Source: Gammaproteobacteria bacterium
GTDB lineage: Bacteria > Pseudomonadota > Gammaproteobacteria > Ga0077536
DNA length: 64,000 nucleotides
Assembly (NCBI GenBank): GCA_038116745.1
Contig: JAYODW010000001.1
Span: forward strand, 38,200-102,199
Direction: 5' to 3'
The notes under the pieces were generated by a model. That model worked only from the letters and a program-made list of their open reading frames with translations, was not told where the DNA came from and searched no databases. Shown piece by piece: positions 8,838 through 17,630 of this stretch; the first letter of the stretch is position 1, and each line of letters opens with the position of its first letter. The position numbers and the translations under genes were made by a program.

Positions 8838-9718
8838 TGGCGGCAGCCGGGTCGGGGTTGCGCCGAGCGTCCGCTTCGGAACGCGGAGTCAGTGTGGCCC
8901 TCGACGGCCCGGACCTGCATCTCTCAGGCAGCCGTCTGCGCAGCGCGCTCCAGGCCTGCCTGGATGGATGCGAGGCGCTCGGTGGCGTGGAGCGCTATAT
9001 CCATGCGCTGCGCCTGAAGTCTGAGATGTTTCAGGAGATCCTGCTGGAACGCGGCGTGGCGGCCATGGAGCGTGATGACTTTGCCGCGCTGTGTGCGTTC
9101 ATGGCCACCGTGCGGCGCCGCGTTGCCCCCGATCTGGAAGGGGAGGGATTCACGCATATGCGCCTGTCCCTGCAGGCGCTCATCAGCAATCTCGACGAGC
9201 CTGCGACAGTGGATCGGCGGATCGAGCAATTCTGCCTCGCCTTCCCACAGGATCGCGGGCACCGCTGGGTCCGCGACCTGGCGGCGGAGGTGCTGCACAA
9301 CCTGGATCCAGAGCGCTATCCGCTGATGGCCCGCTGGGTCTGGGATCGCGCGGCCAATACCGGTGCTCTGAGGGAGATCTGGTTCGCTGAGAACGTCGAT
9401 CACCTGACGCTCGAGATAGAGGATCACTACCCCACGTTTCTGATGCTGCGGCGGGAGTTGGCGGTTTTTCTATCGGACAGCGGGTTTTTCCGCGACATGC
9501 CTTTTTACGTGGATCTGCTGCTCGCGCAGGTCTATGCCGAGTACATCTGCGCGCAGGGTGGCAGCTACCTGAGGGCGGATTTTTCCTCGCCCGAGGATCC
9601 AATGCAGCACACGCGTCGCATGCTTGGTCTGGACGGCGTCAAGGCCGGCTCCTCCCGCCTGAGAATGAAATCGATCGATGGCGCAGCTCTGGTGCTCGCC
9701 GATGAACAGGAAGGCTGA
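8837..9718 (+). CDS. conserved hypothetical protein of sHdr operons (the 'hyp' gene between hdrA and hdrC2)
   Basis: Position and coupling (overlaps the hdrA stop) match the described hdrC1B1A-hyp-hdrC2B2 arrangement. No recognisable domain. Confidence 0.55.
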   Translation: MAAAGSGLRRASASERGVSVALDGPDLHLSGSRLRSALQACLDGCEALGGVERYIHALRLKSEMFQEILLERGVAAMERDDFAALCAFMATVRRRVAPDLEGEGFTHMRLSLQALISNLDEPATVDRRIEQFCLAFPQDRGHRWVRDLAAEVLHNLDPERYPLMARWVWDRAANTGALREIWFAENVDHLTLEIEDHYPTFLMLRRELAVFLSDSGFFRDMPFYVDLLLAQVYAEYICAQGGSYLRADFSSPEDPMQHTRRMLGLDGVKAGSSRLRMKSIDGAALVLADEQEG

Positions 9719-9723
9719 GCCTT

Positions 9724-10500
9724 ATGCCTATCCATGAAGAACATCTGATTCGACCGGAAAATATCGTCTCGCACGATAAGCTCGAGATCGACGGCGTCGA
9801 TGTCTCCGGACACTGGAGTACCTTCATCGAATCGCGTGTGGTCACCGACTACAACGAAGACCTTCAGGATGAGATCGCCAGCCTGCCCGGGGGTGAGCAC
9901 ATTCACCGTTGCTGGCAGTGTGGCTCCTGCACCAACTCCTGTACCGTGAATGCCGTCAACCCGGATTTCAATCCGCGCTACTGGATCTATCTGATCCGCA
10001 TGGGTATGGAGTCGGAACTGCTGCGTGACCGGGACATCATCTGGCAGTGCGTGTCGTGTAACCGCTGCACCTACGCCTGCCCGCGCGACGTGTTTCCTGA
10101 AGGGGTTATGAAGGCCACAGCGCACTGGCTCGAACTCAAAGGGCACACCCGGCCCAGTCCGTCGACCCACTTCGATACGGAATTTGCAGAGCAGGTCATC
10201 GCCACCGGGAAGATAGAGGAAGGGCGCATTATCCGCGGGTTTTTCCGCCGTACGGGGCAGAGTCTGAATCAGAGCTGGTTGCTGGAAATGGTGCGGCGGC
10301 TCCTATGGCACCTGCCCGCGGGGCTGCTGATCCGCATGGGGCTGGCCAATGTGCTCAGGCCGCGTACCCGCGGCTGGAGCAAGGCGCGGGATGCGCTCAA
10401 AGCCTACGTCGAAGAGCAGAACACCCATCATCGCCAGGCTTTGAAACTCGACGCGCTGGTCGACGAAGCGCGCGGCGAACTCGATCGCGTCGCGGGATGA
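9724..10500 (+). CDS. hdrC: sHdrC2, 2x[4Fe-4S] ferredoxin-like subunit
   Basis: CWQCGSCTNSC and CVSCNRCTYACP motifs. SD AGGAAGG. Confidence 0.8.
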   Translation: MPIHEEHLIRPENIVSHDKLEIDGVDVSGHWSTFIESRVVTDYNEDLQDEIASLPGGEHIHRCWQCGSCTNSCTVNAVNPDFNPRYWIYLIRMGMESELLRDRDIIWQCVSCNRCTYACPRDVFPEGVMKATAHWLELKGHTRPSPSTHFDTEFAEQVIATGKIEEGRIIRGFFRRTGQSLNQSWLLEMVRRLLWHLPAGLLIRMGLANVLRPRTRGWSKARDALKAYVEEQNTHHRQALKLDALVDEARGELDRVAG

Positions 10501-10507
10501 GGCAGCT

Positions 10508-11446
10508 ATGAGCAAAGAAAAACCGGATTACCAGAAGGTCGCCTACTACCCAGGTTGTGCGCTTGAAGGTTCGGGGCACGCCTACAACCGCTCGACCAAG
10601 GCGGTCGGCAAGGCGCTGGGTCTGAAGCTTGAAGAGGTCCGCAACTGGAATTGCTGCGGCGCTATGGAGGTCAAGAACATTGACCCCAAAATTCAGACCT
10701 ATCTTTCATCCCGGGTGATGTCGATCGCCAAGAACGAGATGAAACACGACGTGGTTATGGCGCCGTGCAACGGCTGCTATCACAACCTCAAAAAGGCCGA
10801 ATACGACCTGAAAAACGACCCGGCCTCGCGGGAGGTGGTTGGAGAACTGTCGCGTAAAGCGGGGCATGCCGCCTACGAGGCGGGCGGGCTTGAAACGATT
10901 CACGCGCTCGACTGGCTCAAGCAGGCGGTTGGTGAAGAGGAACTTGGTCGACGGGTGAAAAACAGCCTGAGCGGGGTGAAGGTCGCGAATTACTATGGCT
11001 GCATGTACACCCGGCCGCGGCATATCTTCCCGGAAAAAGATCAGGGCGGCGCCAGTGAATCTACGTCCAAACCGCATTACATGGATGATCTGCTTGAAGC
11101 TGCAGGCGCGGTTAACGTCGAGTTTCCGTTGAAAACCGCATGCTGCGGTGGTGCGCACACGCTTTCCGATTCCGACACATCTACCCGACTGGTGCTGAAC
11201 ATTATCCAGGCGGCTGAGGCGGCCGGCGCCAACGTGATTGCGACAGAATGCCCCACCTGCCACTCCGGGCTGGAGATGCATCAGATCCGTGCCCAGACCA
11301 ATTTCGGGGTGGAGACCCGCGTGAAAATTCTTTATTTCACCCAGCTGCTTGGACTGGCTCTGGGCTTGAGCCCGCGGAAAGTCGGGGTGCACGAGAACGT
11401 GTCCGACTCGATGGCGTATGTGCGTGAGGCGATTACCCGACGATGA
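10508..11446 (+). CDS. hdrB: sHdrB2, CCG-domain subunit
   Basis: YYPGCALEG...CCGA and YYGCMYTRP...CCGGAHT, i.e. CCG domains. Confidence 0.85.
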   Translation: MSKEKPDYQKVAYYPGCALEGSGHAYNRSTKAVGKALGLKLEEVRNWNCCGAMEVKNIDPKIQTYLSSRVMSIAKNEMKHDVVMAPCNGCYHNLKKAEYDLKNDPASREVVGELSRKAGHAAYEAGGLETIHALDWLKQAVGEEELGRRVKNSLSGVKVANYYGCMYTRPRHIFPEKDQGGASESTSKPHYMDDLLEAAGAVNVEFPLKTACCGGAHTLSDSDTSTRLVLNIIQAAEAAGANVIATECPTCHSGLEMHQIRAQTNFGVETRVKILYFTQLLGLALGLSPRKVGVHENVSDSMAYVREAITRR

Positions 11447-11835
11447 CACTGGAAGCGATCCAGGCCGAGTTGGAAACGGCGACGCCGGGTGCCGATCGCC
11501 TGCTGCGGCTGGGGGAGCGCATTCTGGAACAATGGCTGATCGCGCACGGTAAAACGCCCACGGAGGAACGGCGCGAAGGCTTCAGACTCCTGGCGCTGCA
11601 TCGTCAGGGCGCTCGAGACGATGCAAGCTTCAACGCGTGCCGGGAAACCTGCAGAGAGCTGGTCTACCACTACAACCTGCTGACCTCGAGCCCGGAAGAG
11701 GCTGACGCGCAGCTGCTGCAGATGATGCGGTTCATCGCGCGGCACCTGTATTTTTTTGTCAGCGGGAAGCTGCAGGAAGCGGGGCTGGGGGATTTCTGCT
11801 GCGCCTCGCGTCCGCTGCGGAGAGCAGAAGCTTGA
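11443..11835 (+). CDS. hypothetical protein (130 aa), translationally coupled to hdrB2
   Basis: ATGA overlap with the hdrB2 stop. No recognisable motif. No CPxP, so not TusA. Confidence 0.4.
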   Translation: MTLEAIQAELETATPGADRLLRLGERILEQWLIAHGKTPTEERREGFRLLALHRQGARDDASFNACRETCRELVYHYNLLTSSPEEADAQLLQMMRFIARHLYFFVSGKLQEAGLGDFCCASRPLRRAEA

Positions 11836-11902
11836 TTTCGCGCTATTGTGCCGTCACGCCCCGGGCGCATATGTGTCCGCAATTGAAGCAAGGAGAACTG
11901 AT

Positions 11903-12352
11903 ATGCCTATCGTGAGAGGCTGCAACCTGCCTGATCAACTCCTCTACGACGTGGAGAACCACACCTGGTATCAGGAACTGGGAGACGGCACTGTGCGCAT
12001 GGGGATGACGGCTGTGGCAACGGCGCTCGCCGGCGAGCTGGTGGCTTTCACCCCTAAGAAAGTGGGGCGCGGCGTGAAGGCCGGGAAATCCTGCGCTACG
12101 ATTGAGTCAGGCAAGTGGGTAGGTCCCGCGCGCGCGGCGGCCGATGGCGAAGTGGTTGCGGTGAATGACGCCCTGGTGGATAAACCCAACCTGGCGAACC
12201 AGGATCCCTACGAGATCGGCTGGATGATCGTCCTGCGACCCGAGGACTGGGATGCGGTCAAGGGTGACCTGACCCCAGGTGGTGACGTCACCGCCAAGTA
12301 CGAAGCCAAAATGGATGCCGATGCTTTTGCAGGGTGCGCAGCGGCGGGGTAG
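11903..12352 (+). CDS. lbpA: lipoate-binding protein LbpA (GcvH-like single lipoyl domain) of the sHdr system
   Basis: GcvH-like fold with lipoyl-lysine context (TIESGKWVG). SD AAGGAGA. Confidence 0.8.
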   Translation: MPIVRGCNLPDQLLYDVENHTWYQELGDGTVRMGMTAVATALAGELVAFTPKKVGRGVKAGKSCATIESGKWVGPARAAADGEVVAVNDALVDKPNLANQDPYEIGWMIVLRPEDWDAVKGDLTPGGDVTAKYEAKMDADAFAGCAAAG

Positions 12353-12358
12353 GCCACC

Positions 12359-13447
12359 ATGGAAGGGCTTCGCGAAACAATCCTGGAAGCGAGCGACCTC
12401 TGGCTTGCGTGGGGTGGACTGGTCATCGGCATGGTGTTCGGGTTCGTGGTCCAGCGGACCAATTTCTGTGCCATGGGCTCGATCTCCGACATCCTCTCGT
12501 TCGAGGATTACAGGCGTTTCCGCGCATGGCTGCTGGCAATCGCGGTGGCACTTCTGGGCAGTCAGGGGCTGGCGCATGTCGGTGCAGTCGACCTGCTGCT
12601 ATCGATGTACCTGACCCCCAGCCTGAACTGGTTCGGAAATATTGTCGGCGGATTGCTCTTCGGCGTCGGGATGGTATTCGCTGGCGGTTGTACCAGCCGC
12701 AATCTGGTGCGTGTGGGCGGTGGGGATATGCGTGCGCTGGTGGTGCTGATCGTGGTTGGGATAACCGCCTATATGACGCTCGGGGGGCTCCTCGGGCCGA
12801 CCCGTGCCTGGCTTGAACAACATACAGCTATCAGCCTGGACACGGGCTCGCAGTCGTTAGCGAGCCTTCTTGCGGTAACGGGCATCGCCTCAGAGCAGAC
12901 GCTGAGCTGGCTGCTGACGGCCCTGCTAGCGATAGCGATCGGTATGTACTGCTTCAAGGACCAAGACTTTCGGACCTCGCCCGGGCACATTGTTGGCGGA
13001 CTCGGCGTCGGCTTGTGCGTTGTTGCAGCGTGGGGTCTGACCGGGCTTGCTTATGACGAGTTCGCTGATGCGGTGCGTAATCCCGTGTCCCTGTCCTACG
13101 TCCGACCCACCGGTGACACCCTGGAGTACCTGCAACGCTTCACCGCCGGGATGACCCCGGGGTTTGGCGTGGCGACCGTACTTGGTGCGCTGCTCGGCGC
13201 GCTGGCGGCAGCCCTTGTCAGCGGCAAGTTCAAGCTGATGGGGTTCGCGGATTCTGGTGATACCTTGCGCAACATCGGTGGCGCCGCGCTCATGGGTATC
13301 GGCGGGATTACGGCGCTCGGATGCACAGTGGGTCAGAGCATCGCCGGCGTTTCAACGCTCGCCGCGGGTTCCTTCCTGACTTTCGCGGCGATCGTGGCCG
13401 GCGGCGTCCTGGGCATGAAATGGATGGAAAAGATCCTGCTCGGATAG
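12359..13447 (+). CDS. YeeE/YedE-family (SoxT/TsuA-like) sulfur-compound transporter, two-repeat membrane protein
   Basis: Two hydrophobic repeats, with the conserved FCAMG cysteine motif in the first repeat. Confidence 0.8.
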   Translation: MEGLRETILEASDLWLAWGGLVIGMVFGFVVQRTNFCAMGSISDILSFEDYRRFRAWLLAIAVALLGSQGLAHVGAVDLLLSMYLTPSLNWFGNIVGGLLFGVGMVFAGGCTSRNLVRVGGGDMRALVVLIVVGITAYMTLGGLLGPTRAWLEQHTAISLDTGSQSLASLLAVTGIASEQTLSWLLTALLAIAIGMYCFKDQDFRTSPGHIVGGLGVGLCVVAAWGLTGLAYDEFADAVRNPVSLSYVRPTGDTLEYLQRFTAGMTPGFGVATVLGALLGALAAALVSGKFKLMGFADSGDTLRNIGGAALMGIGGITALGCTVGQSIAGVSTLAAGSFLTFAAIVAGGVLGMKWMEKILLG

Positions 13448-13508
13448 GACGTCCCGAGACTCTGCGTTCTTCTCGACTGCCTGCGACCGCGCGTCACCAC
13501 CCGAGCCA

Positions 13509-14162
13509 TCAAACCCCGCGACGGCCTTCGGCCAGGCCGTCGGGATGCAGGCTGCTGTGGGCGCTGGGACGCGTCATGACCCGCGCAAACCAGGCGTTCA
13601 CGTTGATCAGACCGGGATCAATTTCCTGACCGACGCCGGCGCCGAAGTCGAGCGCACAGAACAGAAGAATGTCGTTCAGGGTGAAGGATTCACCGCAGAG
13701 CCAGGTTTTACGCCCTATCAGCGGATCAAGCCAGGCCAGTTTCTCCTGCACGATCCGGGCGAGGCCCGCCGCCGCTTCCGGCAGGCAGGGCATCCGCGAC
13801 TGAAACAGCTCCAGACCCACCGAATAGCGAAACGCGTTGTAGAGATTCTCCGTGATGTTGAGCTCTATACGCCGCTGCCACATCCGATGCTGCGCTTTTT
13901 CCAGAGGGGTGCTGCCGATCAGCGGCGGCGTGGGGTGGAGATCTTCCAGGTACTCGCAGATCGCAACCGTTTCCGCGAGATAGCTGCCGTCGTCGAGCAG
14001 CAGGCTCGGCATCTGGCCGCCAGGATTGTGCTGGTTGTAGGGCGGACGGCGATTTTCCGCGCCGAGAATATCGACTTCCTCGAACGGCAGCTCGAGCGCC
14101 TTCTCCAGCAGGAACATGCGCACAATTCGTGGATTCGGGCCTAATGAATTCAAAAGTTTCAT
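13509..14162 (-). CDS. glutathione S-transferase
   Basis: Thioredoxin-like N-domain (MKLLNS...IVRMFLLEKALELPFEEVDI) plus a helical GST C-domain. Confidence 0.8.
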   Translation of the reverse strand: MKLLNSLGPNPRIVRMFLLEKALELPFEEVDILGAENRRPPYNQHNPGGQMPSLLLDDGSYLAETVAICEYLEDLHPTPPLIGSTPLEKAQHRMWQRRIELNITENLYNAFRYSVGLELFQSRMPCLPEAAAGLARIVQEKLAWLDPLIGRKTWLCGESFTLNDILLFCALDFGAGVGQEIDPGLINVNAWFARVMTRPSAHSSLHPDGLAEGRRGV

Positions 14163-14201
14163 AGTTTTCCCTTGCGTAGCCAGCCGCACCGGCGGCAGAT
14201 T

Positions 14202-15212
14202 TCAGACGTTAGTCAGCTCGAGTGCGCGTCGGAACATCGGCAGAACGCTGCGCGCATTGTGTTCCCAGATGGGATCGTGACGCTGACCTTTGCGATGCAG
14301 CTTCACATTGAGGCAGGAGATAGAGGCAAGCCGGTAATTCGCGAGCGCCTGGAACCAGTTGATCCGGTCAAGAGCCGCATAACCAGCCGAGTCGGCGTAA
14401 ATTGCACGGATTTCATCCGCCGGGAGCGGGTGTCGCGGTGTCCAGCCCGGTGTCCATACGAGAGGATCAGCCATCATGAGCAGCCAGCCAAGATCCAGCA
14501 GCTGCGCGCCGATCCCCGACAGCTCCCAGTCAATAACACCCACAAGACTCTGTTCGACGTACAGACAGTTGCCGGGTTGGTAGTCCCCGTGAAAAAGCCC
14601 CGTTCGTGCGCCGACGGGCAGCGTGTCCAACAACGCGCGCTCGCATTTCTCTGCCGCGGCAATCCAGGCGCTCTCAGGCGCCTGAGCGTAGATGCGCTCC
14701 CAGCGGGTGATCTCGTACTCGAGCGCCGTGGGTTGCTCCCACTGCGGTAGCTTCTCCTGCCAGTCAAAGGCGTGCAGGCGCGCCAGAACCTGCACAGCCT
14801 GCGTCCAGCGACGGTGGCAGTCCGCTTCTCCACAGGGCAGTCCGGCGACCGGATCGAGAACAAAGAAGGTCGCGCCAGGCAGGCGTTCCATCACGATGAA
14901 CGGCAGCGCGAACCAGGGGTTGTCATCGGTAGCGTAGGCCCATGGCACCTCCGGCACCGGCAGGCCATCGGCGCGCAGCGCGCGAAGCAACGGCGCCTGG
15001 CGATACACATCGGTATTGCCGCGTCGCTTGACGCCCCGGGGGGGTAGTTTGATCACGTAGGACTGGACAGTGCCGTCACCAAGATCAACGTCAAACAGGA
15101 ACGTCAAACCGGCGTGGCCATCGGAAGGCCGCACAGCGCACAGCGAGCCTGCAGAGCCCATTTCGCTGCGGACGAAAGCGTCCAGGCCTGAGCGAACTTC
15201 ATCCAAATCCAT
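14202..15212 (-). CDS. phosphotransferase (APH/choline-kinase-like) family protein
   Basis: HGDYQPGN catalytic loop and VIDWE motif. Confidence 0.7.
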   Translation of the reverse strand: MDLDEVRSGLDAFVRSEMGSAGSLCAVRPSDGHAGLTFLFDVDLGDGTVQSYVIKLPPRGVKRRGNTDVYRQAPLLRALRADGLPVPEVPWAYATDDNPWFALPFIVMERLPGATFFVLDPVAGLPCGEADCHRRWTQAVQVLARLHAFDWQEKLPQWEQPTALEYEITRWERIYAQAPESAWIAAAEKCERALLDTLPVGARTGLFHGDYQPGNCLYVEQSLVGVIDWELSGIGAQLLDLGWLLMMADPLVWTPGWTPRHPLPADEIRAIYADSAGYAALDRINWFQALANYRLASISCLNVKLHRKGQRHDPIWEHNARSVLPMFRRALELTNV

Positions 15213-15550
15213 GCGAGGCTCCGATCAGTCAGTTTGAGTGCGGAACAAGGTCGAGACGACGGCGCGGGCGTCCTGGCCCGGTTACCCGGCGGCATAGTGT
15301 AGCCGGGTGCTGCTCGAGCGGGACTCCGGCAAGAGTTTGTCCATGCAGGAATGACCACCTATCAGAGCGCACAGCGCCGGTGGTGGCCGAGCAGGTGCGC
15401 GCTTCGCGAATTGCCATGAGGACTACGCGGCGGTTGATTGTCCGCAGTTGGCGTGTTCCCGTTCGGGGTTGGCTGGTCATGCGTCCCGTTGACGTGCGGG
15501 ATGACGGTATGCTTTCGGGCGGACGAAGTCGCAACGCGACGGACATTGGC

Positions 15551-16237
15551 ATGCTGGAACTCAGTAAAAGCAACTTGAGAACACGACTCTTCTTCTGCGC
15601 GGCGTTAATGACGCTGAGCGCCCCGCTCATTGCCGATCAGGGCAAAGTCACTCTGCTCAAGGGGAGTGCCTCGCGCGTGGCCGGCGGTTTGCGCGTAGCG
15701 ATGAAACAGAGAGGTCCCGTCTTCCCAGGCGATCGCGTTGAAACCGGCAAAAAATCTTTCATCACCATTCAGTTTGATGATGGAACCCGTTTCAGCCTCG
15801 GAGAGCAGGCTACGCTGCAGATCACCGCGGTCGAGTCTGAGCGTGACGGGATTTTCAGCGCGTCCGTTCTGAGAGGCGCTTTTCGTTTTGTCACGGGCCT
15901 CATCGCAAAGCGCAGACCTGCTGCGATGCAGGTCAAAGCGGGTTCTGTCGCGACGATAGGTATCCGCGGCACGACGGTCGGAGGCGAAGTGGACGGTGAC
16001 GCCGCGACGATTGTCCTGTTGCCGAACGAAGATGTGGCGCAAAAGTCCGCGATTGAGGTCGGAAACGCGTTTGGTCAGGTCATCATCGAGGAGACGGGTT
16101 ACGGTACCCGCGTCCCTGATGCGCAGAGTCCGCCTTCGGCACCCACGCGTATGACATTACGCACGATCGAAAATCTTGTGCGTAACCTGAGCAGCATCCA
16201 GCGGAACGCGATGCCCCGCCCGCGCATGCCCCACTGA
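15551..16237 (+). CDS. secreted FecR-domain protein
   Basis: Signal peptide MLELSKSNLRTRLFFCAALMTLSAPLIA followed by a FecR-like beta domain. The start was chosen inside the longer ORF. Confidence 0.5.
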   Translation: MLELSKSNLRTRLFFCAALMTLSAPLIADQGKVTLLKGSASRVAGGLRVAMKQRGPVFPGDRVETGKKSFITIQFDDGTRFSLGEQATLQITAVESERDGIFSASVLRGAFRFVTGLIAKRRPAAMQVKAGSVATIGIRGTTVGGEVDGDAATIVLLPNEDVAQKSAIEVGNAFGQVIIEETGYGTRVPDAQSPPSAPTRMTLRTIENLVRNLSSIQRNAMPRPRMPH

Positions 16238-16345
16238 GCGCTTTCAGCGCGAAGTGTTGCACCCGGCAACGAATCATTCTTATCCAAAGAGGTCTCGCAG
16301 CGTCCCGCGATAATGAGCAGATTGCGCTTGCACGGCTGGTGTCTT

Positions 16346-16369
16346 TATTTATAATCTAGATTATAAATA
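16346..16369. promoter_or_regulatory. perfect 24-bp palindrome TATTTATAATCTAGATTATAAATA containing a consensus TATAAT (16350-16355), within a ~130-bp AT-rich island; candidate operator/promoter of the downstream beta-barrel gene
   Basis: Checked base by base: 12/12 complementary pairs. Confidence 0.4.
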
Positions 16370-16393
16370 TTCCATAACTGCAAGAAATTTATC

Positions 16394-17484
16394 ATGAATC
16401 TTAACAAAAATATTTTGAGATCGGGATTGTTCTGCTTCTCACCTCGGCGGCTGGCTTCGCGACGGCGAGTGAACAGGAGTGCTCGAGCGAAACACATTAC
16501 GCCTGCCTGAACGGCGTCTCATCCTCGGTAACCAACGGGGCCAGCTTGCGTGCCAGTGCCAGCGAGATGAGCGACGTCGCGCGTCGCCGTAGTGGAAAAA
16601 GCGCACAGGAAACCCTGGCGCTGCGGGATAACGGCGCCGCGCTCGCGGCCGGCGATGCCATGGGCGGCAGCGTTTTCGGCATGTGGGCAAACTACGCCTA
16701 CAACGATTACGACTCCGATTACAGTGTCCAGGGGCAGTCCCTGGCCTACGACGCCGATGCGCATCGCTTCATGTTCGGGATTGATCGCCTGCTCGCAGGG
16801 CGCTTCCTGGTCGGAATAGCCGGTGGGTATCAGAGTGTTGATACGGATACCGCGTTTAATGGCGGCGGTCAGGATAGCGACGGCGGCACGGTCGCGCCCT
16901 ATGCGGCGTTTCTGATCAACGATTATCTAAGTCTTGATCTTTCGGGCGGATATACCTGGACCGACTATGATCAGGACAGATTGTCTCCTGTCGACGGCAC
17001 TGCAATCCGCGCCAATTTCGACGGGGAAAGCTGGTTTGTCGCGACTAACCTGAACTGGCTGATGGCCGTCGATAATTTCGTTTTCGGCGCGAAAGCGGGC
17101 TATCTGTATACCGAGGAGGAGCAGGACGCCTACCAGGAGGTAGGCGAAGCTACCAGCATCCGCACTGTGCAGCGGCGCAACATCGATCTTGCGCAGGTCG
17201 TCGCCGGGGCGGAGATCGCATACGCAGGCGCGGGTGCCTATGAGCCATTTTTCATGGCGGAGTACCGCAACGATCTGAGTCGGGACGATGACAATCGGGC
17301 AGGCGGGCTGCCTGGCGCCTTCACCTCCGTCAGGCCCAAAGATGACGATGAAGTTCAGCTGAATCTCGGCGTGCGCTACTACACCACCTGGGGTGTTATC
17401 GCCACGTTCGAATACCAGCGAGTCGAAGGACGTTCGCACTTCGACAGCGACAACTTCATGTTTACGCTCCGCGCAGGCCTTTAA
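16394..17484 (+). CDS. outer-membrane beta-barrel (autotransporter beta-domain-like) protein. The only good start (ATG 16394) and signal peptide are out of frame relative to the long ORF (16546-17484) by one base at an A5 tract (16406-16410).
   Basis: Body rich in alternating aromatic/Gly beta-strand patterns (GYQSVDTD, SLDLSGGYTWTDYD). Adding one A to the A5 run yields MNLNKKYFEIGIVLLLTSAAGFATA|SEQ, a canonical signal peptide fused in frame. Confidence 0.45.
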
Positions 17485-17542
17485 TCACCCTGGCAAATGA
17501 CTCCGGCGCTGTAAGCTGCGGCAGGGCCGGGTCCCTAAAGCT

Positions 17543-17574
17543 GTACCTGGGCCGTACCTGGGCATACCTGGGCC
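17543..17574. repeat. three tandem copies of an 11-bp unit (GTACCTGGGCC / GTACCTGGGCA / TACCTGGGCC) in a convergent intergenic region
   Basis: Seen directly in sequence. Confidence 0.5.
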
Positions 17575-17630
17575 GCAGTTGCGCTTCAGCAAACCGGGCT
17601 CGATTTCACCCGAGAGCGGCGATCTCAGCG

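Noticed and set aside
11443-11835. 130-aa ORF after hdrB2 as TusA or an ArsR-type regulator
   Set aside because: It has no CPxP motif and no HTH-like segment, so it is kept as a hypothetical protein.
17543-17574. Tandem 11-bp repeats as a possible CRISPR array
   Set aside because: The repeats are directly adjacent with no spacers, there are only three copies, and the unit is far shorter than CRISPR repeats. There are no cas genes.
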